A stretch of DNA of 64,000 bases from Phycisphaerales bacterium (GTDB taxonomy: Bacteria > Planctomycetota > Phycisphaerae > Phycisphaerales > UBA1924). The notes beneath the pieces are model-generated. The model did not search any database, had not been told where the DNA came from, and saw only the letters and a list, made by a program, of their open reading frames with translations. Position numbers and translations under genes: made by a program. The stretch covers positions 47,992 to 111,991 of the forward strand of contig JALHNL010000002.1 in the NCBI GenBank assembly GCA_022843545.1. Reading direction: 5' to 3'. Of the stretch, positions 27,284 through 36,142 are shown piece by piece; position 1 is the stretch's first letter, and every line of letters begins with the position of its first letter.

Positions 27284-28795
27284 TCACGGCGCTTGGAACT
27301 CGCGCCACAGATCGCGGTAGGCCTTCTCGCCGTCCTCGATCGCTCGGGCCCACTCTTCGATGACTTTGGCCCGGGCTTTGGCGTCGGGCGAGGGGGCGCC
27401 CGGGCCCTCGGCGGCCCCCCACTGCACGGTGGCGGCGAAGAAGCCCGGGGGCATGGGCTCGTAGAGGTAGGCCTTGGGGATGGCGGAGGCGGCCTGATCG
27501 AGGCGGGCGGCGGGCGAGGTCGGGGCGTTGTCGCCGAAGAGGCCCCAGATGTCGAGCGCGGCTTCGGCGTGGGCGGTCCAGCGCTCGGCGAAGCCCAGCG
27601 TCGTGAGGTAAGCCTCGACCGAGTCCACGCCGCGGAAGTCCTCGCGCAGGGCCAGCAGATGGCCCAGGCGGGCGGGGATCGGCTTGTCGAGGTCGGCGGG
27701 GTCCTTCAGGCCTGACTCCTTGAGGGCCTGCACGTGCCGCTGGGCGTGCGACTCGATCAGCAGGGCCAAGTCCCAGGCTTCTTTCTTGAGTTCGGGCGTG
27801 ACCTCGTGCTCTTCGCCGGGCTTGGCGAGGAAGGCGCAGACGCGGTTCTTGCCGGGCTCGCGCTTGGCTTTGGGGTCGACTTCGAAGCGGCGCAGAATGG
27901 CGCGGGCCATGTGAAAGGCCGGGGGGACGGGAGAGGCCTTGCCGAGCGGGCGCAGCAGGGCTCGCGCGGTGGCCAGGGCCTGGCGCGGGTCGTCGGTCAT
28001 CATCGCGGTGACCCAGTCCACGCAGGGGTTGAGCACGGCGGGGTCGGGGAGCGTGTCGATGCCGGGCAGGCGGCGGAGCATGGCCATGACGTGGCCCTGC
28101 GAGGTGAGGGCGTTGACGGCGTCGAGCGAGAGGGCGTAGGGCGTCTCTTCGTCGGCGGTGCCGTGGGCGAGCACGAGGGGCACGGCCTGCACGCCGCCGG
28201 TCATGGGCATGCCCTCGGCGGTGCCGCTGGCGATGGCGACGACGCCGTCGATGAGTCTGGGGAACGCCCCGGCGAAGAGGACGGCGAACCGCGCGCCCTG
28301 GCGGTAGCCGACGAGGATGATGCGATTGGTGGGGAAGCGGCGCGAGGCTTCGAGGATGAAGTCGCGCATCACGACGGCGTCGGCGTTGTCGAGGCGGAAG
28401 ATCCGCATGGCGTCGTCGGCTTCGGAGGTGCCGTCGACGCACACGACGATGTCGGCGGGACGGAAGGCCCCGGGGGCCAGGCGGGCGTGGCCCCAGCGGT
28501 AGTCGACGCCCAGGCCGTGCAGGACGATGACGAGGTTGCGGGGCTCGTCGGGCTTGAAGCCCTCGGGGAGCGCGAAGGTGTAGCGGAGGGGCGCGACGCG
28601 GGCGCGGACGGTGGAGAGGCCCTTGGTCTCGGCGACGGCGCGGTAGACCACGCCGGGCTTGGCGTTATCGAGGCCCTCAGCGGGGTTGAGTTGCTGGATG
28701 GTCTGCGGATCAGGGAGCGGGGGCTGGGCGGAGGCGGAGGCGGCGGCACCGAGCGCGATGGCGAGAGTCGCGATGAGGGCGGCGAGGGAGGGCAT
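27284..28795 (-). CDS. Secreted alpha/beta-hydrolase-fold (phospholipase/carboxylesterase-like) protein with C-terminal helical domain; nucleophile position is Arg
   Basis: Start ATG 28795 (MPSLAALIATLAIALGAAASASAQ signal). Has LVIVLHGLG, ILVGYRQGARFA (where the family has GFSQGG) and LAHGTADEETP. Confidence 0.6.
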   Translation of the reverse strand: MPSLAALIATLAIALGAAASASAQPPLPDPQTIQQLNPAEGLDNAKPGVVYRAVAETKGLSTVRARVAPLRYTFALPEGFKPDEPRNLVIVLHGLGVDYRWGHARLAPGAFRPADIVVCVDGTSEADDAMRIFRLDNADAVVMRDFILEASRRFPTNRIILVGYRQGARFAVLFAGAFPRLIDGVVAIASGTAEGMPMTGGVQAVPLVLAHGTADEETPYALSLDAVNALTSQGHVMAMLRRLPGIDTLPDPAVLNPCVDWVTAMMTDDPRQALATARALLRPLGKASPVPPAFHMARAILRRFEVDPKAKREPGKNRVCAFLAKPGEEHEVTPELKKEAWDLALLIESHAQRHVQALKESGLKDPADLDKPIPARLGHLLALREDFRGVDSVEAYLTTLGFAERWTAHAEAALDIWGLFGDNAPTSPAARLDQAASAIPKAYLYEPMPPGFFAATVQWGAAEGPGAPSPDAKARAKVIEEWARAIEDGEKAYRDLWREFQAP

Positions 28796-28811
28796 GAGGG
28801 AAGGCGGTGGG

Positions 28812-28830
28812 CGGCAATCGGCAATCGCAG
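28812..28830. repeat. Heptamer array CGGCAAT x2 followed by CGCAG(AA)
   Basis: Reads cggcaatcggcaatcgcag, 16 nt upstream (transcript sense) of the 28795 start. Related to 7969-7989 and to the end of 26237-26306. Confidence 0.8.
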
Positions 28831-28859
28831 AAGCGTAAACGAGGGATGCCCGGTGGATG

Positions 28860-28884
28860 CTCAGCACTCAGCACTCAGCACTCA
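28860..28884 (-). repeat. Heptamer array (sense strand TGAGTGC x3) starting with the stop codon of 28882..30384
   Basis: Plus strand reads ctcagca ctcagca ctcagca ctca. Sense strand reads TGAGTGCTGAGTGCTGAGTGCTGAG, with TGA every 7 nt, covering all three frames. Confidence 0.9.
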
Positions 28885-30384
28885 CTTCCCCTCGCCCCGC
28901 ACCGCGTGCTGCAGGGCGACAAGGGAGTAGGCGCTGATGAGGATGGGGTTGTTCTCCATCCAGCGGTCGTCGATGGAGCGGAAGGAGCCGTCGGGGTTCT
29001 GCAGGCGGGCGAACTGTTCGATCATGTCGTCGCGCCAGTTGCGGGATTGGGGGACATCGGGGTTGTTGGTCATGGAGGCGATGATGGGCTTGCCCTTGAA
29101 GTCCACGCCGTCGAGGGCCTTGGTCGCCGCCTGGGCCTTGTCTTCAGAGCCGAAGTAGGCGAAGGCGAAGGATCGCGCGGGCTTGATGGGCGGGCCGGGC
29201 CACACGAGGACGGCCTGGGCGTCCTTGAGCGCGTCGAGCGTGCGCAGGTCGGCCTCGCTGGTGCCTTCGGGCATGCCAGCGATCCACACCACGCCGCGGT
29301 ACGGCGCAAAGCGCGTGACCTCGATCGAGTCCAGGCCCGAGGAGTTCAGGGCGCGGGCCATGGCGATCAGGAAGTAGTAGTACCCGTCGGTGCCCATGCC
29401 CGGGTTCTCGGCGAGCGTGTAGTTGCCGCGGATCCAGTCCATCGCGGCGACCACGCGCGGGTCGCTCGGGCTCAGGCCCGCGTAGATGTACGACTTGAAG
29501 CCGATGTAGGTCGTCGAGCCGTACGCGCGGAGCTTGGAGACGTTGCTGCCGTCGTCCATGGACTCCTCGATGGTGCCGGCGAAGGACTGGCCCTTGCCGG
29601 CGGTCTGGTCGTTCTCGCCGGTGGCGTAGATGAAGCCGCCCTGCTTGGAGCCCTTGGCGTAGGGCAGGTCGTTGACGACCGTGCCGTCGGGGGCCTTCTC
29701 CAGCATCTGGCAGCGCTGCAGGAAGACGATGGCGCGCTGGAAGGCGGGGTCGTCGGTGGGCAGGCCCGTGTCGTGCCAGGCCTGGATGGCGAAGGCGAGG
29801 TTGGACAGGTCCGGACGCCCGCGGTTGCCGTAGCCCAGACCGCCGTAGAACGGATGGTCGCGGCTCACGGCGGCGGGGGTTTCGGTGCCGTGCGGGCCCG
29901 CGGCCTTCATGCCCACGGGCGTGGCGGAGCCCCACTGCTGGTTCTTGAGGAAGTCCTGCGCGGGCTTGATCCTGGCCTGCGCCTCGGGCGTGTTCACACG
30001 CGCGAGGGCCGAGAGGGAGATGGCGGTGTTGTACGACGGGAGGGCCGAGTCGTAGATCCCGCCGTCGGGCTGCGCGTGAGAGAGGAGGTAGCGGACGCCC
30101 GCGGCGACGGCGGGGTCCTTCTCATCAACGCCCGGCTGCAAAAGCAGGCCGTTCAGGACCAGGCCGGAGATGGCGGGGTAGTTGGGGATGCCCTTGCCCG
30201 GCGGGGGCACGGCCCAGCCGCCGGAGTCCTTGTCCTGCTGGGCGCGGAGGTAGGCGATGGCCTTGTCGATCATCTCCTCGCCCTGCTTCCGACGCTCGGG
30301 GCTGGGCCCGGCGAACGCGGCCAGCGGGGCGGCGAGGGACAGGACGAAGCAAGCGAGACGGCGGGGGATGGGGAGCATGGGCAA
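28882..30384 (-). CDS. Secreted prenyltransferase/squalene-oxidase-repeat (alpha/alpha toroid-like) protein with inserted RRM-like module
   Basis: 500 aa with a signal peptide MPMLPIPRRLACFVLSLAAPLAAFA. Repeats of the type AIAYLRAQQDKDSGGW, GVRYLLSHAQPDGGI and FARLQNPDGSF. The insert at residues 364-437 has RNP-like VVWIAGMP and RSFAFAYF. Confidence 0.6.
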   Translation of the reverse strand: MPMLPIPRRLACFVLSLAAPLAAFAGPSPERRKQGEEMIDKAIAYLRAQQDKDSGGWAVPPPGKGIPNYPAISGLVLNGLLLQPGVDEKDPAVAAGVRYLLSHAQPDGGIYDSALPSYNTAISLSALARVNTPEAQARIKPAQDFLKNQQWGSATPVGMKAAGPHGTETPAAVSRDHPFYGGLGYGNRGRPDLSNLAFAIQAWHDTGLPTDDPAFQRAIVFLQRCQMLEKAPDGTVVNDLPYAKGSKQGGFIYATGENDQTAGKGQSFAGTIEESMDDGSNVSKLRAYGSTTYIGFKSYIYAGLSPSDPRVVAAMDWIRGNYTLAENPGMGTDGYYYFLIAMARALNSSGLDSIEVTRFAPYRGVVWIAGMPEGTSEADLRTLDALKDAQAVLVWPGPPIKPARSFAFAYFGSEDKAQAATKALDGVDFKGKPIIASMTNNPDVPQSRNWRDDMIEQFARLQNPDGSFRSIDDRWMENNPILISAYSLVALQHAVRGEGK

Positions 30385-30457
30385 GCGTAGAACGGGGTGG
30401 GGAACCGGGGGCTGAGGGTGAATTCGTCTTTGGGCGGGGAGGCGGTTGCGAAGGAGG

Positions 30458-30486
30458 CAAAAGAAAACGCCCGCGGGGCGGGCGTT
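30458..30486 (-). terminator. Rho-independent terminator after rpoA
   Basis: Minus strand reads acgcccg ccccg cgggcgt followed by tttcttttg. Confidence 0.65.
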
Positions 30487-30532
30487 GTGGAGTGGTGAGT
30501 TATGGGGGAGGAGCCGGCCGGATGAGCGGGCC

Positions 30533-31534
30533 TTACTTGGTGAGGCTCACGCCCTCGGGGAGGGACATGCCCAGCTGGAGGTTGAGGTCCTCGAGCTTCT
30601 TCTTGACCTCGCGGAGCGAGGTGCGGCCGAAGGAGCGGACCTTGAGCAGATCCGACTCGGTGCGCGTGACCAGGTCGGCGACGGTGACGATGCGGGCCGA
30701 CTCCAGGCAGTTGCTGGCGCGGACCGAGAGGTCCATGTCGGTGATCGGCATGTTGAGCTTGCGGATGAGCTCTTCGTCGACGCTGGCGGCGGCGGCGGCC
30801 TCCTGCGAGACGCGGTCCTGGCCCAGCTCGAAGTACTGCAGGAAGACGTTGAGGTGCTTGCGGAGGATCTTGGCGGCCTCGACCAGCGCCATCTCGGGCG
30901 TGATCGTGCCGTTGGTCCAGATCTCCATGATGAGCTTGTCGTAGTTGGTCTTCTGGCCGACGCGGGTCTCTTCGACGAAGTAGCGCACGCGCTGGACGGG
31001 GCTGAAGGCGGCGTCGAGCGGGATGACGCCGATCTCCTGCTCCTCACCCTTGTTGTAGCGCTCGGCGGCGGGGACGTAGCCGCGGCCCTTCTCGACCTTC
31101 ATCTCCATCTCGAAGTCCACCTTGTCGGTGAGCGTCGCGAGGACCAGGTCCTTGTTGATGATGCTGACGGCCGGGTCGGCCTCGACCATGTCGCAGGCGA
31201 CCTCGCCCGGGCCGCGGCAGAGCAGCTTGATGGTCTTGGCCTCGTCGCCCTCGAGCTTGACGATCATGCTCTTGACGTTGAGGATGATGTCCGTCACATC
31301 CTCGAGCACGCCGGGGACCGTGCTGAACTCGTGCTGCACGCCCTTGATCTTGACGCTGGTGAGCGCCGCGCCCTCGAGCGACGAGAGCAGGATCCGCCGG
31401 AGACTGTTGCCCACGGTGGTGCCCATGCCGCGCTCGAAGGGCTCGATCGCGAAGCGACCGAACGTGCCCGACTTGAAGCGGGGATCGGCGGAAATCTTGG
31501 ACGGAAGTTCCAGACCGCGCCAGCGAATGCGCAT
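30533..31534 (-). CDS. rpoA: DNA-directed RNA polymerase subunit alpha
   Basis: 333 aa with FAIEPFERGMGTTVGNSLRRILLSSLEGAA plus a C-terminal domain (DLSVRASNCLESARI). Confidence 0.95.
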   Translation of the reverse strand: MRIRWRGLELPSKISADPRFKSGTFGRFAIEPFERGMGTTVGNSLRRILLSSLEGAALTSVKIKGVQHEFSTVPGVLEDVTDIILNVKSMIVKLEGDEAKTIKLLCRGPGEVACDMVEADPAVSIINKDLVLATLTDKVDFEMEMKVEKGRGYVPAAERYNKGEEQEIGVIPLDAAFSPVQRVRYFVEETRVGQKTNYDKLIMEIWTNGTITPEMALVEAAKILRKHLNVFLQYFELGQDRVSQEAAAAASVDEELIRKLNMPITDMDLSVRASNCLESARIVTVADLVTRTESDLLKVRSFGRTSLREVKKKLEDLNLQLGMSLPEGVSLTK

Positions 31535-31659
31535 GATGTACCCTCACATGTGCGGCGTGCCAGGGTGAGCAAGCCCGACCGGGTATCGAGAAGCGACCAG
31601 GAACGCCGCGGTCCTGGGGGTCTCTGCTGTCCGGGGGCGGGGACGACCAGAAAGCGAAA

Positions 31660-32037
31660 TCAGACGCGGCGGCGCTTGGTGGGGCGGCAGCCGTTGTGCG
31701 GGACCGGGGTGTGGTCCTCGATGGCGGTGACGCGCATGCCGGTGGAGACCAGCCCGTTGACGGCGGCCTCGCGGCCGGCGCCGGCGCCCTTGATGCGGAC
31801 CTCGAGCTCCGAGACGCCCAGCTTGCGGGCCTTCTGGCCGCACTCTTCGCCCGCGCGGGTGGCGGCGAAGGGCGTGCTCTTGCGGGTGCCCTTGAAGCCG
31901 ATGGTGCCGGCGGAGGCCCAGGCGAGGGCCTCGCCGTTCATGTCGGTGATGGTGACCATCGTGTTGTTGTTGCTCGCCTTGATATGGGCGATGCCACGCA
32001 CGACGTTCTTGCGGACTTTCTTGACCTTCTTCGACAT
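31660..32037 (-). CDS. rpsK: 30S ribosomal protein S11
   Basis: Reads [45 protein letters not shown]. Confidence 0.95.
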   Translation of the reverse strand: MSKKVKKVRKNVVRGIAHIKASNNNTMVTITDMNGEALAWASAGTIGFKGTRKSTPFAATRAGEECGQKARKLGVSELEVRIKGAGAGREAAVNGLVSTGMRVTAIEDHTPVPHNGCRPTKRRRV

Positions 32038-32142
32038 AGGTGGCTCGGCTGGAGGCTGGGGACTTGAGGCGAAAGACGGGGGGCGTGAGACCGAAGACGC
32101 GGGGCGGGGCGGGTCGCTGAGCCGGAGACCGGCTCAGGCGGC

Positions 32143-32520
32143 TTAGCCCTTGACGCCCTTCTTGCCGGCGACGGTCTTGCGCTTGCCCTTGCGGGTGCGG
32201 CTGTTGGACCGGGTGCGCTGACCGCGGACGGGGAGGCCCTTGCGGTGGCGCTCGCCGCGATAGGCGCGGATGTCCTTGAGGCGCTGGATGTTCTGGCTGA
32301 CCTGGCGACGCAGGGCGCCCTCGACGAGGAAGCCCGCGTCGATGATCGCGTTGATGCGGGCGAGGGCCTGCTCGTCCACCTGGCCGGCGCGCAGGTCGGG
32401 GTTGACCTCGGCCTGGGCGAGGATGTCCTTGGCGAACTTGGCCCCGATGCCGTGGATGTACTGCATCGCGAAGAGGATCTTCTTCTTCTCGGGCACGTCG
32501 ATACCGGCGATACGCGGCAT
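32143..32520 (-). CDS. rpsM: 30S ribosomal protein S13
   Basis: Reads MPRIAGIDVPEKKKILFAMQYIHGIG... Confidence 0.95.
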   Translation of the reverse strand: MPRIAGIDVPEKKKILFAMQYIHGIGAKFAKDILAQAEVNPDLRAGQVDEQALARINAIIDAGFLVEGALRRQVSQNIQRLKDIRAYRGERHRKGLPVRGQRTRSNSRTRKGKRKTVAGKKGVKG

Positions 32521-32567
32521 GGCTTTCCTCGTTCACGGGCCCCGATTGGGCCCGGCTTGGTGCTTGA

Positions 32568-32684
32568 TCAGCCCTGGACCTGCTTGTGCTTGGGATCGGC
32601 CTTGCAGATCACGCGGACCTTGTTCTTGCGGCGGACGATCTGGCAGTCCTTGCACATTCTCTTGACGCTGGCTCGAACCTTCAC
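32568..32684 (-). CDS. rpmJ: 50S ribosomal protein L36
   Basis: Not in the ORF track because it is under 60 aa. GTG start; my translation is [38 protein letters not shown]. The Cys/Cys/Cys/His zinc ligands are present. Confidence 0.9.
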   Translation of the reverse strand: MKVRASVKRMCKDCQIVRRKNKVRVICKADPKHKQVQG

Positions 32685-32772
32685 GGGACGCCCTTTCGCA
32701 GAAATCCGGGTGAACAACCCGGGTCGAGATAATAGGCCGGGAGTAAGGGAAAGAGAAGTGCGGGAATGCCGG

Positions 32773-32994
32773 TCAGTGACGGAAGGTGATTCGGGCTTTG
32801 GTCAGGTCGTAGGGGGACATCTCGACGGTGACGCGGTCGCCGGGGAGGATGCGGATGTAGTTCATCCGCATCTTGCCGCTGACGTAGCCCAGGACGGTGA
32901 CGTTGTTGGGGAGCTTGACGCGGAACATGGCGTTGGGCAGGGCCTCAACCACCTCGGCTTCCATCGTCAGTTTGTCGGAGTCGGCTTTGGCCAT
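32773..32994 (-). CDS. infA: Translation initiation factor IF-1
   Basis: Reads [61 protein letters not shown]. Confidence 0.95.
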   Translation of the reverse strand: MAKADSDKLTMEAEVVEALPNAMFRVKLPNNVTVLGYVSGKMRMNYIRILPGDRVTVEMSPYDLTKARITFRH

Positions 32995-33015
32995 AAGGGG
33001 ATCAGATGTGCGGGG

Positions 33016-34401
33016 CTAGTACATGGACCGGGCGGACTGGATGCGCGGGCCGCGGCCCTCGTCACCCGAGAGGAACCCGGCGTAGTTGCGCATGAGCAGG
33101 TTGGCCTCGACACGCTGGATGAAGTCCAACACGACCGAGACCACGATGAGCAGGCCCGTGCCGCCCAGGAACTGGGTGACCATCATGTCCACGCCCATGG
33201 CGCGGCTGACGATCATGGGGAGCACGGCGATGGCGGCGAGGAAGGCGGCGCCGACGTAGGTGATGCGGTCCATCACCGCCTGGAGATAGTCACGGGTGCG
33301 GGGGCCGGGGCGCAGACCGGGGATGAACGCGCCCGTGTCGCGGAGCTGCTTGCTCATCTCCTCGGGGTTGAACTGCACGGTGATCCAGAAGTAGCTGAAG
33401 AAGTAGATCATCAGCACTTCGCAGAGGATGTAGGGGAACTCGCCGTAGGAGAACTGATTGTGCAGCCAGCTCACCACCGGGCCGGCGAACGTTTCCTGCG
33501 TCACCGAGTCGAGCATGCCGAAGATGGTGACGGGGAAGATCATCAGCGAGCTGGCGAAGACCACCGGCATGACGCCGGCGTGATTCAGGCGGAGGGGCAG
33601 GTAGGAGCGCTGCCCGCCGTAGACCTTGCGGCCGCGGGTGTGCTTGGCCTGCTGGATGGGGATGCGACGCTGAGCGACGGTGAGGAGCACCGCGCCCGCG
33701 ACGACCACCACGAAGCCGGCGACGAGCGAGAGCACGGCGGGCACGCCCAGCTTGGCCGGGTCGCTGGGGTCGAAGTTGCCGTACACGGTCTGGATGGCGC
33801 CGGGCATCTGCGAGAGGATGCCGGCCATGATGATCATGGAGATGCCGTTGCCGATGCCGAAGCGGTCGATCTGCTCACCGATCCACATGAGGAAGACGCA
33901 GCCGGCGGTGAGCGCGGCGATCGCCATGACCCACCACATGGGGTTGGTGGTGTACTCGGCGTAGAGAATGCCCTGGGAGTTGGCGATGCCCAGGTACGTC
34001 CAGCCCTGGAAGATGGAGAGGGCGATGGTGGCGTATCGGGTCCACTGCTGGATCTGCTGGCGACCGGTGGGCCCCTCCTCTTGGAGCTTCTTGAGCGCCG
34101 GGAGGACGGTCATGAGCAACTGGAAGATGATGCCCGCGGTGATGTATGGCATGACGCCCAGGCCGAAGATGGTGGAGTGGGAGAAAGACCCGCCCGACAT
34201 CATGGCCACGAACTGGCCGACAGCGGCGAGGGTGCCGCCTTCCTGCTGGGACTTGGCGAAGGTCTCGGCGATCTTGTCCTGGTTCACGCCCGGAAGGGGG
34301 ATCCAGTGGCCGATGCGGAACACCGCCAGCATAGCGATGGTGAAGAGGATCTTGTTCCGGAGTTCCGGGATCTTCCAGACATTGATGAACGCTTGGAGCA
34401 T
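33016..34401 (-). CDS. secY: Preprotein translocase subunit SecY
   Basis: 461 aa, polytopic, with KIPELRNKILFT and GISMIIMAGI. Sits between rplO and infA. Confidence 0.95.
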   Translation of the reverse strand: MLQAFINVWKIPELRNKILFTIAMLAVFRIGHWIPLPGVNQDKIAETFAKSQQEGGTLAAVGQFVAMMSGGSFSHSTIFGLGVMPYITAGIIFQLLMTVLPALKKLQEEGPTGRQQIQQWTRYATIALSIFQGWTYLGIANSQGILYAEYTTNPMWWVMAIAALTAGCVFLMWIGEQIDRFGIGNGISMIIMAGILSQMPGAIQTVYGNFDPSDPAKLGVPAVLSLVAGFVVVVAGAVLLTVAQRRIPIQQAKHTRGRKVYGGQRSYLPLRLNHAGVMPVVFASSLMIFPVTIFGMLDSVTQETFAGPVVSWLHNQFSYGEFPYILCEVLMIYFFSYFWITVQFNPEEMSKQLRDTGAFIPGLRPGPRTRDYLQAVMDRITYVGAAFLAAIAVLPMIVSRAMGVDMMVTQFLGGTGLLIVVSVVLDFIQRVEANLLMRNYAGFLSGDEGRGPRIQSARSMY

Positions 34402-34550
34402 GGACAGGGGGTCCTACCGCGGGCCGTTCCGGGCGATTCGCGGGGGGAGAGTCTAGGCGAACGGGGATGGGGTGGTAGAAGGTGAAGGATGAAGACGAAG
34501 GCCCGACTCAAGGAGCCGGGGCACCCACACGACCCGGGGAACACCCCGGA

Positions 34551-35186
34551 TCACTCGGCGGGCGTGCCCTTGCCCTTGGCCTCGGGCTTGGCGGGCTCGG
34601 CGTCCCCCACTGCGACGGGCTTGGCGCCGGCCTTGCGGCCGCGCTTGAGCTTCTTGGTGAGGTTCTTGGGGGTGCGGTCTTCGCTGTTGCGATCCACGCC
34701 GCGGTTCTTGTCGCGGAGGGTGCCGACCTCATTGACCGAGCCGCCGGCATCGACGATGGCCTTGCGGGCGGAGGCGGAGAGGCGCGCGACCTCGACGGTG
34801 AACTTGGCCTTGAGGGTCTTGGCCTCGCCCAGATCGCCCAGGATCTTCACATCGCGCGAGTCGTCGCGGATGAGACCCGCGGCGGCGAGCGACTCGGTGT
34901 TCACCTTGCCGCCCTTGGCAAACGCCGGGTGCGACACGATGTCCATGAGGTTCACGATCCAGAACTCCGTCGCGAAGCGGGCGTTGCTGAACCCGAACTT
35001 GCGGATGCGGCGGAAGAGCGGCATCTGGCCGCCTTCGAAGGCCTTCTTGCGGGCGGTGCCGGAGCGCGAGCCCGCGCCCTTCTGGCCGCGGCCGGAGGTC
35101 TTGCCAAGACCGGAGCCCTTGCCGCGGCCGACGCGGGTGCGGCGGCGGTGAGGACCGGCGAGAGCGGTGACTTCGTGGATCATCAT
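34551..35186 (-). CDS. rplO: 50S ribosomal protein L15 with approx 60-aa basic C-terminal extension
   Basis: Has RVGRGKGSGLGKTSGRGQKG...EGGQMPLFRRIRKFGF. The tail reads RTPKNLTKKLKRGRKAGAKPVAVGDAEPAKPEAKGKGTPAE. Confidence 0.95.
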   Translation of the reverse strand: MMIHEVTALAGPHRRRTRVGRGKGSGLGKTSGRGQKGAGSRSGTARKKAFEGGQMPLFRRIRKFGFSNARFATEFWIVNLMDIVSHPAFAKGGKVNTESLAAAGLIRDDSRDVKILGDLGEAKTLKAKFTVEVARLSASARKAIVDAGGSVNEVGTLRDKNRGVDRNSEDRTPKNLTKKLKRGRKAGAKPVAVGDAEPAKPEAKGKGTPAE

Positions 35187-35227
35187 GGCGGGGACTCGGG
35201 AAGAAGGGACAGGGAACTGGGAAGACC

Positions 35228-35259
35228 GGTGTCGAGGTGACGGGGTGACGAGGTGTCGA
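35228..35259. repeat. Octamer array GGTGWCGR x4
   Basis: Reads ggtgtcga ggtgacgg ggtgacga ggtgtcga. It is the inverted partner of the array at 35283-35330. Confidence 0.85.
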
Positions 35260-35282
35260 GAACTGGCGATGCTGGAGGCTAC

Positions 35283-35330
35283 TTCGTCACTGCGTCACAT
35301 CGTTACTTGGTGACTGGGTAACTGGGAATC
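35283..35330 (-). repeat. Octamer array (plus strand NNNGTNAC x6; sense strand GTGACGNA-like) just 3' of the rpsE stop
   Basis: Reads ttcgtcac tgcgtcac atcgttac ttggtgac tgggtaac tgggaatc. Confidence 0.85.
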
Positions 35331-35336
35331 TTCGGA

Positions 35337-36041
35337 TCAGGCCTTGGGGGCTTCGCCGGCGGGGGCGTCGCCCGACTGCTGGACAACGACCTGATCGCGG
35401 CGCGGGCCACGACCGGGACCGCCGCGACCGCCGCGGCCGCCCTTGCCGCCGCGCTCGTTGCCGACGGTGTTGACGGGGCCCTTGGGCTTGTCGCCCTTCT
35501 TGACGGGGGCGGCGAACTGCTTGCCGCGCTCGATCTTCTGGGCGATTTCGGTCATTTCGAGGGTCTGCGACCGCAGCTCGGCGATGTGCCCGGGGGTGCG
35601 GAGCTTCTCGATGGCGTTGAAGACGGCCTTGAGCACGTTCTGCGGGTTGGTGGACCCGTAGCACTTGGTGAGGCAGTCGGCGATGCCGGCGAGCTCGAGC
35701 ACGGCGCGGACGACGGTGCCCGCGACGACGCCGGTGCCCGGGGAGGCGGGGATCAGCCGCACCTTGGTGGAGGAGAAGCGACCCTCGACCTCGTGGTGGA
35801 TGGTGGTGCCGATGCGGGTGAGCTTGATGATGTTGCGCTGGCCGTCCTTCTGGGACTTCTCGATGGCCTGCGGAACCTCACCGCCCTTGGCGTAGCCAAA
35901 GCCGACCTCGCCGTTGCGATTGCCGACGACGACGAGGGCGCCGAAGCTGAAGCGGCGACCACCCTTCACCGTGGCGGACGTGCGGTACACGCCGATGGTG
36001 GTGGACTCGATACTGGAACGTTCGTCAAGCAACTCGGGCAT
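35337..36041 (-). CDS. rpsE: 30S ribosomal protein S5 with Gly/Arg/Lys-rich C-terminal extension
   Basis: Has RTSATVKGGRRFSFGALVVVGNRNGEVGFGYAKG. The tail reads ...KKGDKPKGPVNTVGNERGGKGGRGGRGGPGRGPRRDQ... Confidence 0.95.
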   Translation of the reverse strand: MPELLDERSSIESTTIGVYRTSATVKGGRRFSFGALVVVGNRNGEVGFGYAKGGEVPQAIEKSQKDGQRNIIKLTRIGTTIHHEVEGRFSSTKVRLIPASPGTGVVAGTVVRAVLELAGIADCLTKCYGSTNPQNVLKAVFNAIEKLRTPGHIAELRSQTLEMTEIAQKIERGKQFAAPVKKGDKPKGPVNTVGNERGGKGGRGGRGGPGRGPRRDQVVVQQSGDAPAGEAPKA

Positions 36042-36142
36042 GGGAGGGTCTCGGATGGCGGTCGAGGCGGGTGACGTGATCTAGAGGCGTGAGGCGTTGG
36101 CGGCGGGAACCGGCTTATTCAGCCGGGATACCCACGGCCCGG

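Noticed and set aside
35187-35336. A hidden rpmD (L30) gene in the rpsE-rplO spacer
   Set aside because: There is no open frame of adequate length on the minus strand, and the spacer is composed almost entirely of the two octamer arrays.
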